A stretch of 64,000 nt of DNA from Cycas panzhihuaensis (lineage: Eukaryota; Plantae; Cycadophyta). Position numbers and translations under genes: made by a program. Each line of letters begins with the position of its first letter. The stretch's first letter is position 1. The stretch is from NCBI GenBank assembly GCA_023213395.1, contig CM041465.1:199337741-199401740 (forward strand), given 5' to 3'. Of this stretch, positions 39,028-51,529 are shown one piece after another. The notes below the pieces were generated by a model. It ran no database searches, had not been told where the DNA came from, and saw only the letters and a program-made list of their open reading frames with translations.

Positions 39028-40170
39028 TGTTGGAATATGTGATATTATCACATATATAATATTTAATGTAAATAGTGGACCTAAACAAAATCTCACTCAT
39101 TGAAAGCATTAATAGATGCAATATATACGATTATCCATATAAATATCCTATTAGATAATTAAAAGACTAAAATAATATTATAGGCTATTCATGAGGAGAT
39201 TATTCATATAAATATGTACATATAGAACTTGAGAATTTTAGAAAGGATTGAGAGAGAAAGGACACAGTTACAGATGTAATTCATTTGATATCATAAAGAA
39301 GAGCTCCCAACTTCAACCTTCTATCATGGTTTTTTCCACACTAGATTTTTAAGGTATAAATCTATTCACTCTTATGGTGAATGATTATTGCATGTTTGAT
39401 ATATTTATACTTTGTGATTTATGTTATTGCTTTATATGTTGATCTTACATTACATAAATTGTGTATATTCCTCATGATATAATCCATTCATTATACATGT
39501 TTGATATTCTTTTACTAGAGTTAATGAGTATTATAATATACTATCAGAGTTAAATTCTAAATTCTAATAGTTTTTAATAGTTATCTTGATTAATATTTGA
39601 TAATAAATATACAAATTTTAAAAATCCATTTTTCTCCTAAAGCAAAACTACTAATACAATATAGGGGCTTATTTTTTGAATTACTTCTCCATTGTCTAAG
39701 AGCTTCTACCTTAGTCTTTCAATCTCAGTCTTTTATTTGTGCCCATATCGATATGGTTTGAGTATCAAAGGCCTATTCCCTAATTCTATTTTAATTATGT
39801 ATTTATCATCCTAAGTAGAGATAATATATTTGGAAAAACCTAGAACACTTATGAATGCTAATTAAGAACCAAGCTTATCTACTCTTATTACTAGTCACTC
39901 AGTTGTTCCTTTTACTCTTGCCCTTCTATTATGAATTTTCTTGTTATAGAGTCTACCTAATCATTTTATAGTAATTTGGTTATTTTGTTGATTAATATAA
40001 TTGATAATTTTGATAGTTGATTCTTGGGGTCTAGTATGGTCATCCATTCATATAGGAATAAATGAATTATTCATCATGGTCAAGTCTACATGTTCATAAT
40101 GTTCTTAATCATTCCACTCCTATTACTAAGTCAAATCGTCTAACAATAAAAGTATAAAAATTCATAATGA
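39028..40170 (+). mobile_element. One-ended LTR retrotransposon fragment (5' LTR 39028-39538, PBS, leader)
   Basis: tgttgg start, aata end and PBS-like tactatcagag at 39539-39549. No partner LTR in the window; right boundary approximate. Confidence 0.6.
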
Positions 40171-40311
40171 TTAAGACCATACCCACTTGAATTTATTAAA
40201 ATCTAATTTCTCCATCATAAGGAATTAAATCTCCTTTAGGTACGGTGATGTCAAAGCTCCTTTCCTTATCTACATTAAGGTTTAGCCTTTTGGCAATAAT
40301 GGTGTCAGTAA

Positions 40312-40348
<37 letters not shown>

Positions 40349-41775
40349 TCTAGAGGAGAACCTCTAGCCACCCTTGGTACAAAGTTCCAAAGTAAGGGGG
40401 GCCCCCAAGATCTAGGTTGTTGTACTACCTTTGTACTGGCCATGCTTGGAGTTCATACCACCATCGTACAGCTAGCGCACACTCAACAAACTTTAGTCGG
40501 ACTACTTTCTTTGCAGCAACGGACGTCGGTCAAATTACTTCCTTGTGAAGTGACTTGCACTCATGAGTTTTGAACCTAGGTCTCTCCTTGGTATCGCCAC
40601 ATCTTACCAATCGACCTAACCCCATGAGGCTTATGGTGTCAGTAAATTTATGGGTGCCCCCTAGTTCAATAAGTATTGTGAGGTTCTATTTCTAAATTTA
40701 TCCATATACCTTAATGGTATTAGGTCATTAGATTCTTAACATGATGGTGGTGGATATTTTATATTGCCCTTTATCTAAGATTTATGCCTTTAATATCCTT
40801 TTACATTACTAGTCATCTAGAAGATCTATTTTTCCTTCCTTTAATCCTTATTCTTGGTCATCTTCTACCTCTATTATATATACTTATTTCCTCTTAGGAA
40901 AAATAGAGGAGTGTCCCATTTCCCAATTTTACTCACAATAACAATAGTAACCCTAAGCTCTTTTACTAACCTTTTTTATATCCTCTCTCCTAATTGAGCT
41001 AGTATTTACTAGTGAAGATAATAGTATGAAAATTCTCCTATTCAATAGCGCATATGGAAAAACCTTATTTTAAAGAGTTGTCCATTTAGCTTAAATGGCT
41101 ACTTTGCTTACATTTGTTTAACAGGCTATATTTATAGCTTTCTCAAGAGTGACTAGTTTAAATCATTATATATCTTCATACATTTCTTCTCTTGGGTTAG
41201 TTATATAAAAGGGTAAAGTTTTACTTGCCTTCATTCTTATCTCCAGCTATAGTGCCTCAAATGATATCATATATTCACCTACATTATAGCCTTCTTAAAA
41301 ATAATGAGCTAACTAAATATTATATAGGTCACCCCAGTTTTTATTAATATGTTTATTAAAAGACTTTATGAACTAATCAAAGAAGATTAATTTCTTATTT
41401 TCTTTTCTCCAACTAGTCATCCATATGTATATGAGGTCATGTAATTTATAGATTAGTAGATCCACTCATTTAGAAACCCTTTCTGTTTCAAGGGTCATGA
41501 ATGCATTTGTTAATTTAGGCAACTTTATCCAAGTCTATCTCTCTACCTACAAAATAAATGAGTAATATTATATTATGATGGAATATCTATGATCATCCTT
41601 TATTTTAGTGCTTTAATATGCCTTCCATTTTTATAAGGGATTGTCTCTATCCTCATGATGTTTTTAGTCATTTTTTTCCTCTCATTTCTTTAATGTCTTG
41701 CAACTCATATTCAAGGAGATACTTGATGTTAAGTAATTCAGTTCTTAATTCATTGTCACTTCTAGGTGGTGCCAT
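40170..41775 (-). pseudogene. Host chromovirus gag-protease, interrupted by the SINE
   Basis: ATG at 41775 (MAPPRSD). LTILIELGGTHKFTD|TIIAKRLNL reads across the SINE insertion site. Confidence 0.8.
40313..40632 (-). mobile_element. tRNA-derived SINE, young
   Basis: Perfect 14-bp TSD atggtgtcagtaaa (40299-40312 and 40633-40646), ~32-nt poly(A), A-box-like taggtcgattgg and B-box ggttcaaaac. CpGs retained. Confidence 0.92.
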
Positions 41776-42378
41776 TCTTTTTCTTTTATATTTAATATGG
41801 TCAACAATTTAGGATTTACAAGTTCCTAGTCATAGCCTAAGTGCTTTCAGAAATTACTATTTTGATTTTGATCTTAAAATTATAGCATAAATTAGACTCA
41901 ATATGGCTTGTGACCACTCATTTAAAAGCTCTATGATTTATGATTCCAACACTTTAATCAAAACTAAAATCTAACACCCATAACCAAAGTTATATAAAAA
42001 ATAGTGATGCTAGGTCATGAAAAAGTAAAAACTTAATTAAAATTTTAGCATCTTTTAGCTTAAGTTGCAAGTCACATAAGTACAGAAAACAAGCATTATC
42101 TTTCTTTAAAAGGAGGAAGATATCAAAATATTATGAAATTTTAACAGTTTTTACAACTTAAGGTAAAGGTTATATGCCTAAGTAAAAATTTTAATTGATA
42201 TTTGTCTGTATCTTTTGAGTGAATGGTAATGAGGCATAAGACTACAATGTGATCTCAAGATAAAAGAGACTCTATAACATAACATTGGCAAATCATATTG
42301 ACAAACCTAGATTAATTGGACTAGATGCTCTCCATGGCATAGGTATAAAACATTTAAAAGAGTTCTCATTATTAGATA

Positions 42379-42914
42379 TGTTAAACACTTTACAAGTGTT
42401 ATATATGCATAAGAAGGCTAAAATTGTGGTCCTACTTCAGTGCAATTTTTCCCCACTAACTTTATACTGGGGGGTCCAAGTGGGGCAATAGCCCCCTTTG
42501 GTAGGGGAGGTGCAGGGGAGGAGATGTTCCCCCTTATAAGTAAGGGTTTCGAGGGCAATAAATACTAAAGCAAATTTTAGGATTCAAACAAAAAAGATAA
42601 TTATGGCCATGCATCACAAAGACCCTAGATCTAATGCTTGAGATCTTGTACCTTCTTATGACATTCTTTATGTAACTTGAATTGGGTAATTCTTTGTTTA
42701 GTATATAGAGTGGATGAGTTGATGAGGTGAGTTGGGGTTTCATCTCTATAATTTCTTCAGCTATTACTCAGATTAATAAAAGGTCTATGCTTAGACTTGA
42801 ATCTCCTAGCATTCTTTATTGTGTGCTTGATTAGCTTATGTTATTTGTAATTTGCATTTTGCTCTTCACTCATAAGCCTACTTACTTCTTCATAGTACAC
42901 AATAAGATCAAACA
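42379..42914 (+). repeat. Solo LTR (Copia-like) in the host chromovirus leader
   Basis: tgttaaacac...atcaaaca. Similar to 20871-21383 and, in U3, to the LTR at 63274-63892. Confidence 0.8.
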
Positions 42915-43180
42915 TCTTCATATTAAATAATCATGCTAGTAAATTCTTCAATGACAAGCATAAATTTTTACAAAGTATTTATGTTGCTCCATAATCTATA
43001 GCAAGGCCAAAAGTAGTAGATAGATGACCACTAAACCTTCTCTTCAAATAGTAACTTTAGTGGCTCTTATGGCTCTCATACGATAAATCAATCTTCATGA
43101 GATCTTCAACTAATAATGCATCCTATAAATTTGCTTAATAAAGTTCTCATAACATGCTAACCATGAGGTCTAATACTAGA

Positions 43181-43388
43181 TGCAATAGGCCATAACTATC
43201 AGAGGGAGATTTTTAAGGAAAAATAGTTTAAAGGCTAATGATTTTAGAAGACCTAGATGGGTACTATCCTTCTTAATTCAATTCAACCAAAAAATATACA
43301 TAAAAAGGAAAATAAAACAAATGTGTATAAATACTATTTAATTAAATAGTTTTAGCCAAGCCAACCTTAAGGATATTGGTACATGTTA
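43181..43388 (-). repeat. 5' LTR of host chromovirus
   Basis: Similar to 19445-19652; preceded on the + strand by ggtctaatacta (~gctctgatacca). Confidence 0.7.
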
Positions 43389-43567
43389 TGGTCGCTCCTA
43401 AGACTAGTGTTCTTAGATATTTTATACATTATATATATTTTTCTTTATTAGATCTAAACATTTTGTGATATTGGCTCCCAAGGCTACTTATTTACCATGA
43501 AACTTTTTTGAAGAGCATATATAGTCTTATATATACCTTTTATTTATATTAGTATAATTTCATATTC

Positions 43568-43574
43568 ATATATA

Positions 43575-43610
<36 letters not shown>

Positions 43611-43616
43611 TATATA
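43568..43616. repeat. (TA)n(TATG)n microsatellite
   Basis: Seen directly in the sequence. Confidence 0.95.
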
Positions 43617-44407
43617 ACCCTAAATGTCCCTTTAAAATTCATTAAATATTATTTGAAGTATGACTTACTAATATTGCATATTTAGAATCCCTTTATCTAG
43701 ATCAAATATACTTGCTAATGCACTTACATAATATGTACCACTTTAAACCCTATAATTTTTATTAAATACCATCAAATATCCACTTGAACATAATAACAAT
43801 CCCTAAACCCTTTATATTTCATGAAATTAAAAAAAAAAAAATCACTTAAATAGTATCCAACTATTCATAGGTATATTTTACAAGTAGATTGTATTGATTT
43901 AGGAGATATTATAATCTTAGATTCCACCTAATGTAACTCATATGTCTAGAGTGAAGTTAAGATCACATCCAAGTTGACATTTTATGAGTTTAAAATAAGA
44001 TTATTAAAGAAGAGCACTCAATCAACTAATAGTGAAATGTATATGTCACCTTTATATGAAATTACAATCCTAAGGGTTTTAAGAACTAAAAAGGCAAAAG
44101 TTGACCCAAAAAATAGGGGTTCAGCCCACTATAAAGAAAACACTCGTACTAGATTGTCATGCTAATATTTTCTTCACAATAAAGTAGGAAAGACAACCTC
44201 AAAGTCTATAAAGATATTTATCCACTCCTTCAGCCAAGGGATATTGGGTGGTCTCCCCTAGTTATGTAGCCTCAACCCCTATGAGAATCACTATCTCTAA
44301 TACTAGTGATGATCTCCAAGGAAAACCATAAGATACCCCAAATAACATTGAGTATTATAGGCAGTGATAAGATAAATCCCCTATGATATCTCTAGAGAAG
44401 GTGACTT

Positions 44408-47400
44408 TTTTTTTTTGATTTGATAAAATGAATTTCAGTGGGTTTGAAAGAGGTTCCCACAACCTAATACATCAAAAAGTATAGTGCATCTAAGTAATAT
44501 GAGTCCGTGACAGCCCCACAGACTAGGCCAGAGAGCTAAGTGCCGGGACAAGCCCCACGGCTAGCTGTTGCAGATCATGCCCTTCTCGACCAGAACCATA
44601 AGATCCCTAGGGAAATCCATCTTCCATATTTATCCTGTCCTGTGTCTCACTCCCCAATTTGCCAGAAAGTCAGCTGGTTTGTTTCCTTCTCTCAGAGTAT
44701 GCCTGATACGGACGTCTGTCAGCCCCTTAATGATTTCTTTAACATTGTTAAATAAGAGTTGGAATCTCCAATCTAGGAGAGCCTCCTCTTTCAGTGTTTT
44801 CACCACAACCTCAGAGTCCCCCTCGATTATCAATCTCTAGATATTACCTTCCACAGCAAGGTCAAGAGCTTTGAGCATAGCATGCATCTCAGCATAGTGA
44901 TTTGTCTGACAATCATAGAATTCCACGAAAGCCCATAAAGTAGACCCAAAGTGGTCTCTACAAATACCTCCCCCCCTAGTGACCCCAAGATTCCCTTTTG
45001 CTACTCCATCAAAATTTATTTTGATCCATGACTCCTCAGGAGGCAGCCACCTGTTTTCTTGGGTCTTTTCAGCCACAAAAGTTGGTACTATACCCCAATT
45101 GCTCAGAATCCTATTCTCTGACAGATGCAAGCGCTTTTCTTTCACTTTTCTAGCATTCTCTCTTATATCTGCACAAATTCTGAAAAAGATGGCAGTCTGG
45201 TCCATCCGATTCGCCTGGAAAATTCTGTGATTCCTCTCTTTCCATATGTTCCAGGCTAGAATCAGGAGTGCACTTTTCCAGATACAGCTCAACGTTCTGC
45301 TCCTGTAAGGGCTTTTTCAGGCCAACCAAAGGTCAGCTGTCTTCTCCGAGAATATCCAGCTTACCTCAAATTTTCCCAGTACCATTCGCCACACCTCCCT
45401 TGTGTAAGAGCACTCTAGGAAGATGTGGTCTATAGACTCCTCCTCCGAGTAGCATAAAGTACATCTGTTTGCCAACATAAAGCCTCTTCTTTTCAGATTG
45501 TCGACTGTAAGTATTTTATTCCTTAAGCAGGTCCACCAAAATACTACAATCTTGGGGATGATAGGGAGCTTCCAAACCCCTTCGAGGATAGGGTTACTCT
45601 GATCCCCTCTTGTTTGACATAGATATTGATATCCTTGTTTAACAGTGTAATCGTCGGACGAGCTTAGGGGTCACACTATCGAGTCCAACGAAGGAAATCT
45701 GGGAATGTAACACTTGCTAAGAATCCTTTTAATCTTACTAAGGCCTTCTTGTAGTCCTTCTCCTTGGATTTCCTCTAGGGTCTTCTAGGTCCTATTTTTT
45801 CCGCTTCCGGCCCAGTAGTCCTTTACATAACTTCCATAGATCCTTACACAAGGACCCATAATGGGTTCCAGATCTGGATAATCCCTAAGTGCTTTGTCGT
45901 TACACCATGCATCCTCCCAGAATCTAATGGAGCTCCCATCTCCTAGTCTCCATTTCAGGCCATTCCTTATAGCTTTCCAAGCTTTTAGGATACTCCTCCA
46001 AATGGTTGAACCAACCTGAAAGACATCATTACCTACCAAAGAACCTCCTTGCACATATTTCCTATTTAGGATCTTCTCCCACAGCCTCTCGCCACCTTTG
46101 AGCAGACGCCACCCCAACTTAGCCCCTAAAGTTGTATTCAAGAGAGGAAGTCTTCTCAAATTTAGGCCCCCGACCCATTTTGGCATACAGACTTTATTCC
46201 AGCTGACTAAATGAATTCTGTCTTTGTTCTTCATCCCAGCCCAAAGGAACCTCTTCTGAATATATTCTATGATATCTAAGATACCTGCCGGGACTCTAAA
46301 GATAGACATCCAAAAGACTGGGATGCTCTGCAGTGTGGAAACAACAAGCTGGAGTTTTCCAGCTTGACTTAAGAGGGCACCTTTCCATCCAGCCATCTTC
46401 CTTTGCAACCTATCAATAAGGGGATTCCACATATCCTTGGTCATCTTCCCAACAAATAAGGGAAGACCAAGGTAATTTGTGGGAAGTTTTTTTATACCCA
46501 TCTCCAGGCATCTACTAATCCTGCCTTGAATATGGCCTAGGGTATTTATAAAGAATACATTGCTCTTGTTCAAGTTTATCTTTTGATTCGTGGCCTTCTC
46601 AAAATGGCCCAAGATCTCTTTAAAATTGGTAGCCTCCCTTATTGTAGCTTTCCCAAGGAAGATATTATCGTCCACGAATTGGTGATGGGCCACATTATCC
46701 ATCCCCAATGTCAGTTTAATACCATTTATGACCCCCTGTCTCCTCATGGACTCCAGGGATCTGCCCAACAACTCGGCCATCGTGATATACAAAAAAGGCG
46801 AGAGCGGATCACCCTGCCTCAGCCCCCTGAACCCTGGGAAGAAGCTAGAAGACGAACCGTTAATGATAACAGAAAACTGTGGATTACCAATACATAGTTT
46901 TATCCATGATTGCCAAGTCTCCCCGAAGCCAAAAGCCCTTAGGCAATCAAGCAGACACTCTTAAGAGACCCTATCAAAGGCCTTCATGAGATTAATCTTG
47001 ATGAGCATCACAGGCTCTTTCCTTTCAGCTGCAGAGTGGACAGTTTCGTGGACAATGATATACCCATCGTAGATCTGTCTTCCCCAGAGAAAACCATCTT
47101 GGTTCTGAGAGATGATGTTTGGCATAATTTCCTTTAACCTATTAACCAAGACCTTGGTTAAAATTTTATATTTGACATTGTAGAGGCTTATAGGACGAAA
47201 ATCCTCCATCCTTTTCGCTCCTTATTTTTTAAGGATGAGAACCAGGAAGGTAGTCTGCCACTCCTGTAAGATCTTCCTGTTTGCATAAAATTCTTGGAGC
47301 GCTTCCATATAATCCCCCTTGATAATATCCCAAAATTCTTAAAAAAACCCCAGAGGAAAACCGTCGGGGCCAGGAGCTTTATCTCTCTTCATACTGAAGA

Positions 47401-48961
47401 GTGCCGCCTTAACCTCATCTTGGGTGAATGGAACTGTGATCTGGGCGTTTTGAGCATCATTCACCAAGCAGGGGATGTTATTGAGGAATTCCTTCCTCAA
47501 CTCCATGTCCCCATCCAACGGCTTCGCAAATAGATCCTTGAAATAATCACTGGCCAGCTCCTTCATTTCCTCTGCCGAACTGACCTCAGTGCCATCGTCC
47601 CTTTGAAGCTTGCTGATTCTGTTATTCGCTCTATGCTTTACAGTAGTCATATGGAAAAATCTAGTATTTCTGTCTCCTTCTGCCAACCACACAGCCCTAG
47701 ATTTTTGTCTCCAGTGAATTTCCTCTCTGTTGAGGATCTCCTCCAGAGACTCAGTCAGTTCCTTTTCTACCTTATCCAGCTCCAGAGATCTGGCCAACCG
47801 CTCGATCTGTTCCTCGGTATCTTTCAAGTCCCTGATAGTCTTCTCCTTTTGATCGTTAATATTTTGAAAAGTTTCCTTATTCCAGACCTTGACTTTCCTT
47901 TTTACCCAGTCCAGCTTCTTGGAAAATTTGAACATAGCGTGTCCTTCAACTTCGATGCTCCACCATTCCTCGATCCTTTTCCTGAGATCTGGGTGGCGAA
48001 GCCACATCAATTCAAATCTGAAGGGGGCCCCGAAAAACTTACCCGAGTCTGAGAAAAACATCAAAAGGGGTGAATGATCATAGCTGATCCTCGGCAAAGC
48101 TTCAAGGGTGAAATCCTTGAAGCATCTCATCCAATCATAATTGACCAGCACCCTGTCCAATCTGATTTGTATAAGGTTATTCCCCAGTCTTTTATTGGTC
48201 CAGGTGAAGGAGGCACCCCTAAGGTTAACATCCTCTAACCCCCCCTGTTGCAAAAATTCATTGAACTCACTCATACTAGTAGTCTAGCCCTCGGTGCCCC
48301 CTCTCTTATCACCGGGGCATAAGGCCGAATTGAAATCGCCCGCCAATAACCATGGGAGACGGCAGTCCCTGTGGGCCTCAATCAGTCTATCCCAAAGTCT
48401 CTTTCTAGCTTCCTGATGGTTTGGGGCATAAACATTAGTGGCGATCCATGTGGTGTTATTGCTTTTGCTGGTTAGCTAGACCGAAATGAAGGATTCTTCT
48501 GTCAGAAAGATTTCTCCCAACCATATTAACGGATTCCATAGTACCATTAGACCCCCCCTTCCTTGGGCATAGTCCATCTCAATGCCTTCAGCTTGCTTCC
48601 AAATTTTGTTCCTAATCTTAGGCCCATTCTCCATATTAAGTTTTGTTTCTTGCAGGAATATCAAATCTGGTTGATGTCTTCTTCTCATATCTCTGATGAT
48701 TCTCTGTTTTGAAGGGGCATTAAGGCCCCTAATATTCCATGATAAAATTTTCATCGCTTCTTCCTTTGTTTCCAAACCTCAACAGTCTCCCCTTTTGGGG
48801 GCTCTCACTCTTGAATCGGATCTCGAGGGTAGGCCCTTCAAGGAATGATTCCTTTAGAGTTCTCTGTGTGCCTTGATCAACCTGGGCAGTTGATTCTCTC
48901 TCTCTTTGGACTCTTGTCGGTGGTCTGCCAACCCTCTTCTCGGCTCCTACATCCGGCACCA
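44408..48961 (-). mobile_element. Young 5'-truncated L1-clade LINE with RNase H domain
   Basis: 16-bp TSD ctagagaaggtgactt (44392-44407 and 48962-48977), poly(A) tail, and a complete ORF2 domain set. Confidence 0.95.
44630..48754 (-). pseudogene. LINE ORF2: endonuclease, RT, zf-RVT and RNase H, broken by several stops
   Basis: MKILSWNIRGLN, FLQETK, RLDRVL, YDHSP, KAPGPDGF, FRPISLYN, RQGDPLSP, HQFVDD, YLGLP, CTLC..EESIDHIFLEC, KINFDG, IEGDS and REGNKPADFLA. Confidence 0.95.
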
Positions 48962-51200
48962 CTAGAGAAGGTGACTTAACTAGCCATAACTTCATAACAT
49001 ACTCCTGAAGAGTGAGCATAGAGTCAGCCCACTTACTCTTTGTTAGCCCCATGGCTATCAAAATTATTTAGTAGCGTAAGCTTTTATGGATACATCCTAA
49101 CAAATAAAGCTTATTAATGTAACCATGTCCTTACTAGGGACTTGTCATAGTTGGTTAAGAGATAAATACAATATAATGTATTATATGTGTATAGGGTTTT
49201 AGTCTAGCAATTTCTTAGTAAAAGTAATAAGATAGAATTTTTACTCTAAAAATATCTAAGACATACTTAAGGATCCTATGGGATGATGACAAATCATCAA
49301 AGTAGAAACACTTCAATATGTCTTATTTAAAATTGTCTATGTGATAAAAGTCATAATCCTAGATGTTAAATAAACAACATGTGTGGATAGATATAGGAGG
49401 TGGAACTGAGGATCTACCAAATCTTGAATTTGCCATGTGTGATTCTATAATAAATTTTTTTTTTTGTGGTTTTTTAATAAATATTTTTATAATTTTATTT
49501 TAGCAATGCATGTGTAAGCCCCTACAAGAGTTAGTCTAAAATTAAACTAAAAAATGCACATCAAAACCTTAGTTTATCTACATGTAAATACAACTAAATA
49601 AAGTAAGATTTTACCATCAAATTCAATTATAATCTAGGTAAAAACTTTAAAATAAAACCACTTAAAAATGCAAAGAATTTCCTCCTTCTTAGTTCATTTT
49701 AACCAACAAAACTAAGATATGAATGCAACTAATCTTTTCCCTAATCTACATGCATATTATCAATTAAAAAATCCCCTTTTCTTACCTATATATGAGTTAG
49801 AAAATGGCCTACCTATACCCTATATAAGGATGACCATGTAAGCTCAAGATTCAATATATTTTAAAGGTAAAAACATCAAGTAAATGATCACTTCAAATTG
49901 TCAATTTTATTTATTTAGATTCTATGCATTAATGCCTATAAAGAAGTTGACATATTAAGCAATGGGATGTTTATAAAATGCCTTTAATATTCAAAGTTAT
50001 CCTTTAAAATGAATATGACTTTTAATTAATTTAGTAGTTAATTAAGTTACAGGGTTTATGTGTTGAAGGAAGGTCATTTTGTATTTATGAAAAAGGCACA
50101 CTTCTAAAACTAACCTTTCTTTTAAAAGTGTATTTGGTTTCAGGTTAATACAAATGTAGATGTATAAGATTTAATGTCTGAATTGACCTCCTTAAAATAA
50201 GCAATTAAAAGTGAACCTTTTAGTTTATAAGCTTACTAAGATATAATATTTATTGAATTTATAAGTTCACTTTAATGCTTTTAAATGAATGCAATTTTAT
50301 ATATATATATATTCACTCATTCATAAACCTATCAAAACTTTTAAAATATTATATTACTTTATTACAATGATAAGTCAAAGAAAAGGTATATTTTTATTTT
50401 AATTATTTAAACATCAATCAAATTAGGTCATTAATGCTCACTATTGAACACTTTAAAATGTTTAATTTTACTCTCAAATATGTATTATTTTGATCTTACT
50501 TTGTGATTTAGATTCAAGTCATATATATGCTCTAAGTTATGTCAAATACCATTGTTTAAAATATTATTAAATAACACAAAGAAATAAAAATATAATTTAA
50601 AAGAAGAAAACCTAATGTAAGTATATGTAGTGAAGGGAATTAAACCTTTAACCTCTTGCCATCAAATGACCTAACTCTAATTTGCTTAACTATCTAATCT
50701 AAACTCACTCATCAAGACAAAGAATCCAAGTATAATACTTAACTTATAACCCTTTTAGCAATAGCACGATACCTAATGATCTAAATGAAATTAAATCATA
50801 ATAATATATCTTCCATTATTAAATTAATATATCTTAAGGAATATATTAAAAAGATAAGTATATGTATAGTGATTTGTAAGGTTTAAGAGAGATGCTCCAA
50901 TTGCTCTTAATGGATTATATGTAGAATAAAGAAAGTTGATATTAATATTAATATCAATCTATCATATTATTATACCCTCCTTTATATTGAGACTTCAAAA
51001 TGTTTAATCACAAAGAAAGATAAAGTAACTATGTGGGCATTAAAGAAGCAATGATTTAATAAGTAATTAGAAAATTGAGTTGGTTATTTTGGTTGTTTAA
51101 TAATTATATTGAATAAAGTGGCATTAACTTCCTTTAAAATAATGAGTACCTCTTCTATCAAATTAAGCATAATAAAAAGACAATAATAATTATGGATTAT

Positions 51201-51522
51201 TATTAGTGATGAGGGCAAAGCAAGTAGATTACAAAGCTTGATCTATTGTTGAAGAATATAAAATAATCTCTATAGAAAGAAGGTGGTGTTAAAAAACACC
51301 AGGGAGGTACTCCCATGAATATATAGTTTAAGGAGGTGGGGAACCGCCTCAACCTGACGTTAGTAACAAATAATAAAAAATAAATAAAATAACACATAAT
51401 ACTTACCTAGTCGGTGGATGGCAGTTGTGTGTTGGCTCTTGGTGGCCCAAGGTAGTCATTTAGGGGCCCAAGGTCAACTTTAGTGGCATGCATACCACTT
51501 CACAAGGGGCATTATTCCAACA
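51201..51522 (-). repeat. 3' LTR of Copia-B
   Basis: Minus strand begins tgttggaat right after the PPT; the far end (ctaata) is inferred. Confidence 0.7.
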
Positions 51523-51529
51523 TTCTCCC

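Larger units (their letters stand above)
19445..43388 (-). mobile_element. Chromovirus-type Ty3/Gypsy element (host of the nested cluster)
   Basis: ~208-bp direct repeats at 19445-19652 and 43181-43388, PPT aggggaggg and a degenerate Met-type PBS at ~43167-43178. gag-PR-RT-RH-INT-chromodomain are colinear on the minus strand once insertions are removed. Confidence 0.8.

Noticed and set aside
40346-40420. SINE tail borrowed from the LINE at 44408
   Set aside because: No visible similarity between the two 3' ends.
40555-40632. Functional tRNA gene
   Set aside because: Only A/B boxes are tRNA-like; it continues into an unrelated body with poly(A) and TSD, so it is a SINE head.
44150-44391. Coding-like flank of the young LINE (continuing at 48978-49150)
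   Set aside because: After rejoining across the TSD, the frames I translated have stops and no motif I can recognise.
44540-48077. Plus-strand ORFs overlapping the young LINE
   Set aside because: They are antisense shadows of ORF2. The same applies to 27707-27901, 58831-59019, 62479-62679 and 63009-63206 relative to LTR-element genes.
48729-49061. 110-aa ORF as a LINE ORF1 or host gene
   Set aside because: It crosses the TSD at 48962-48977 and is a chance fusion of flank and truncated ORF1.
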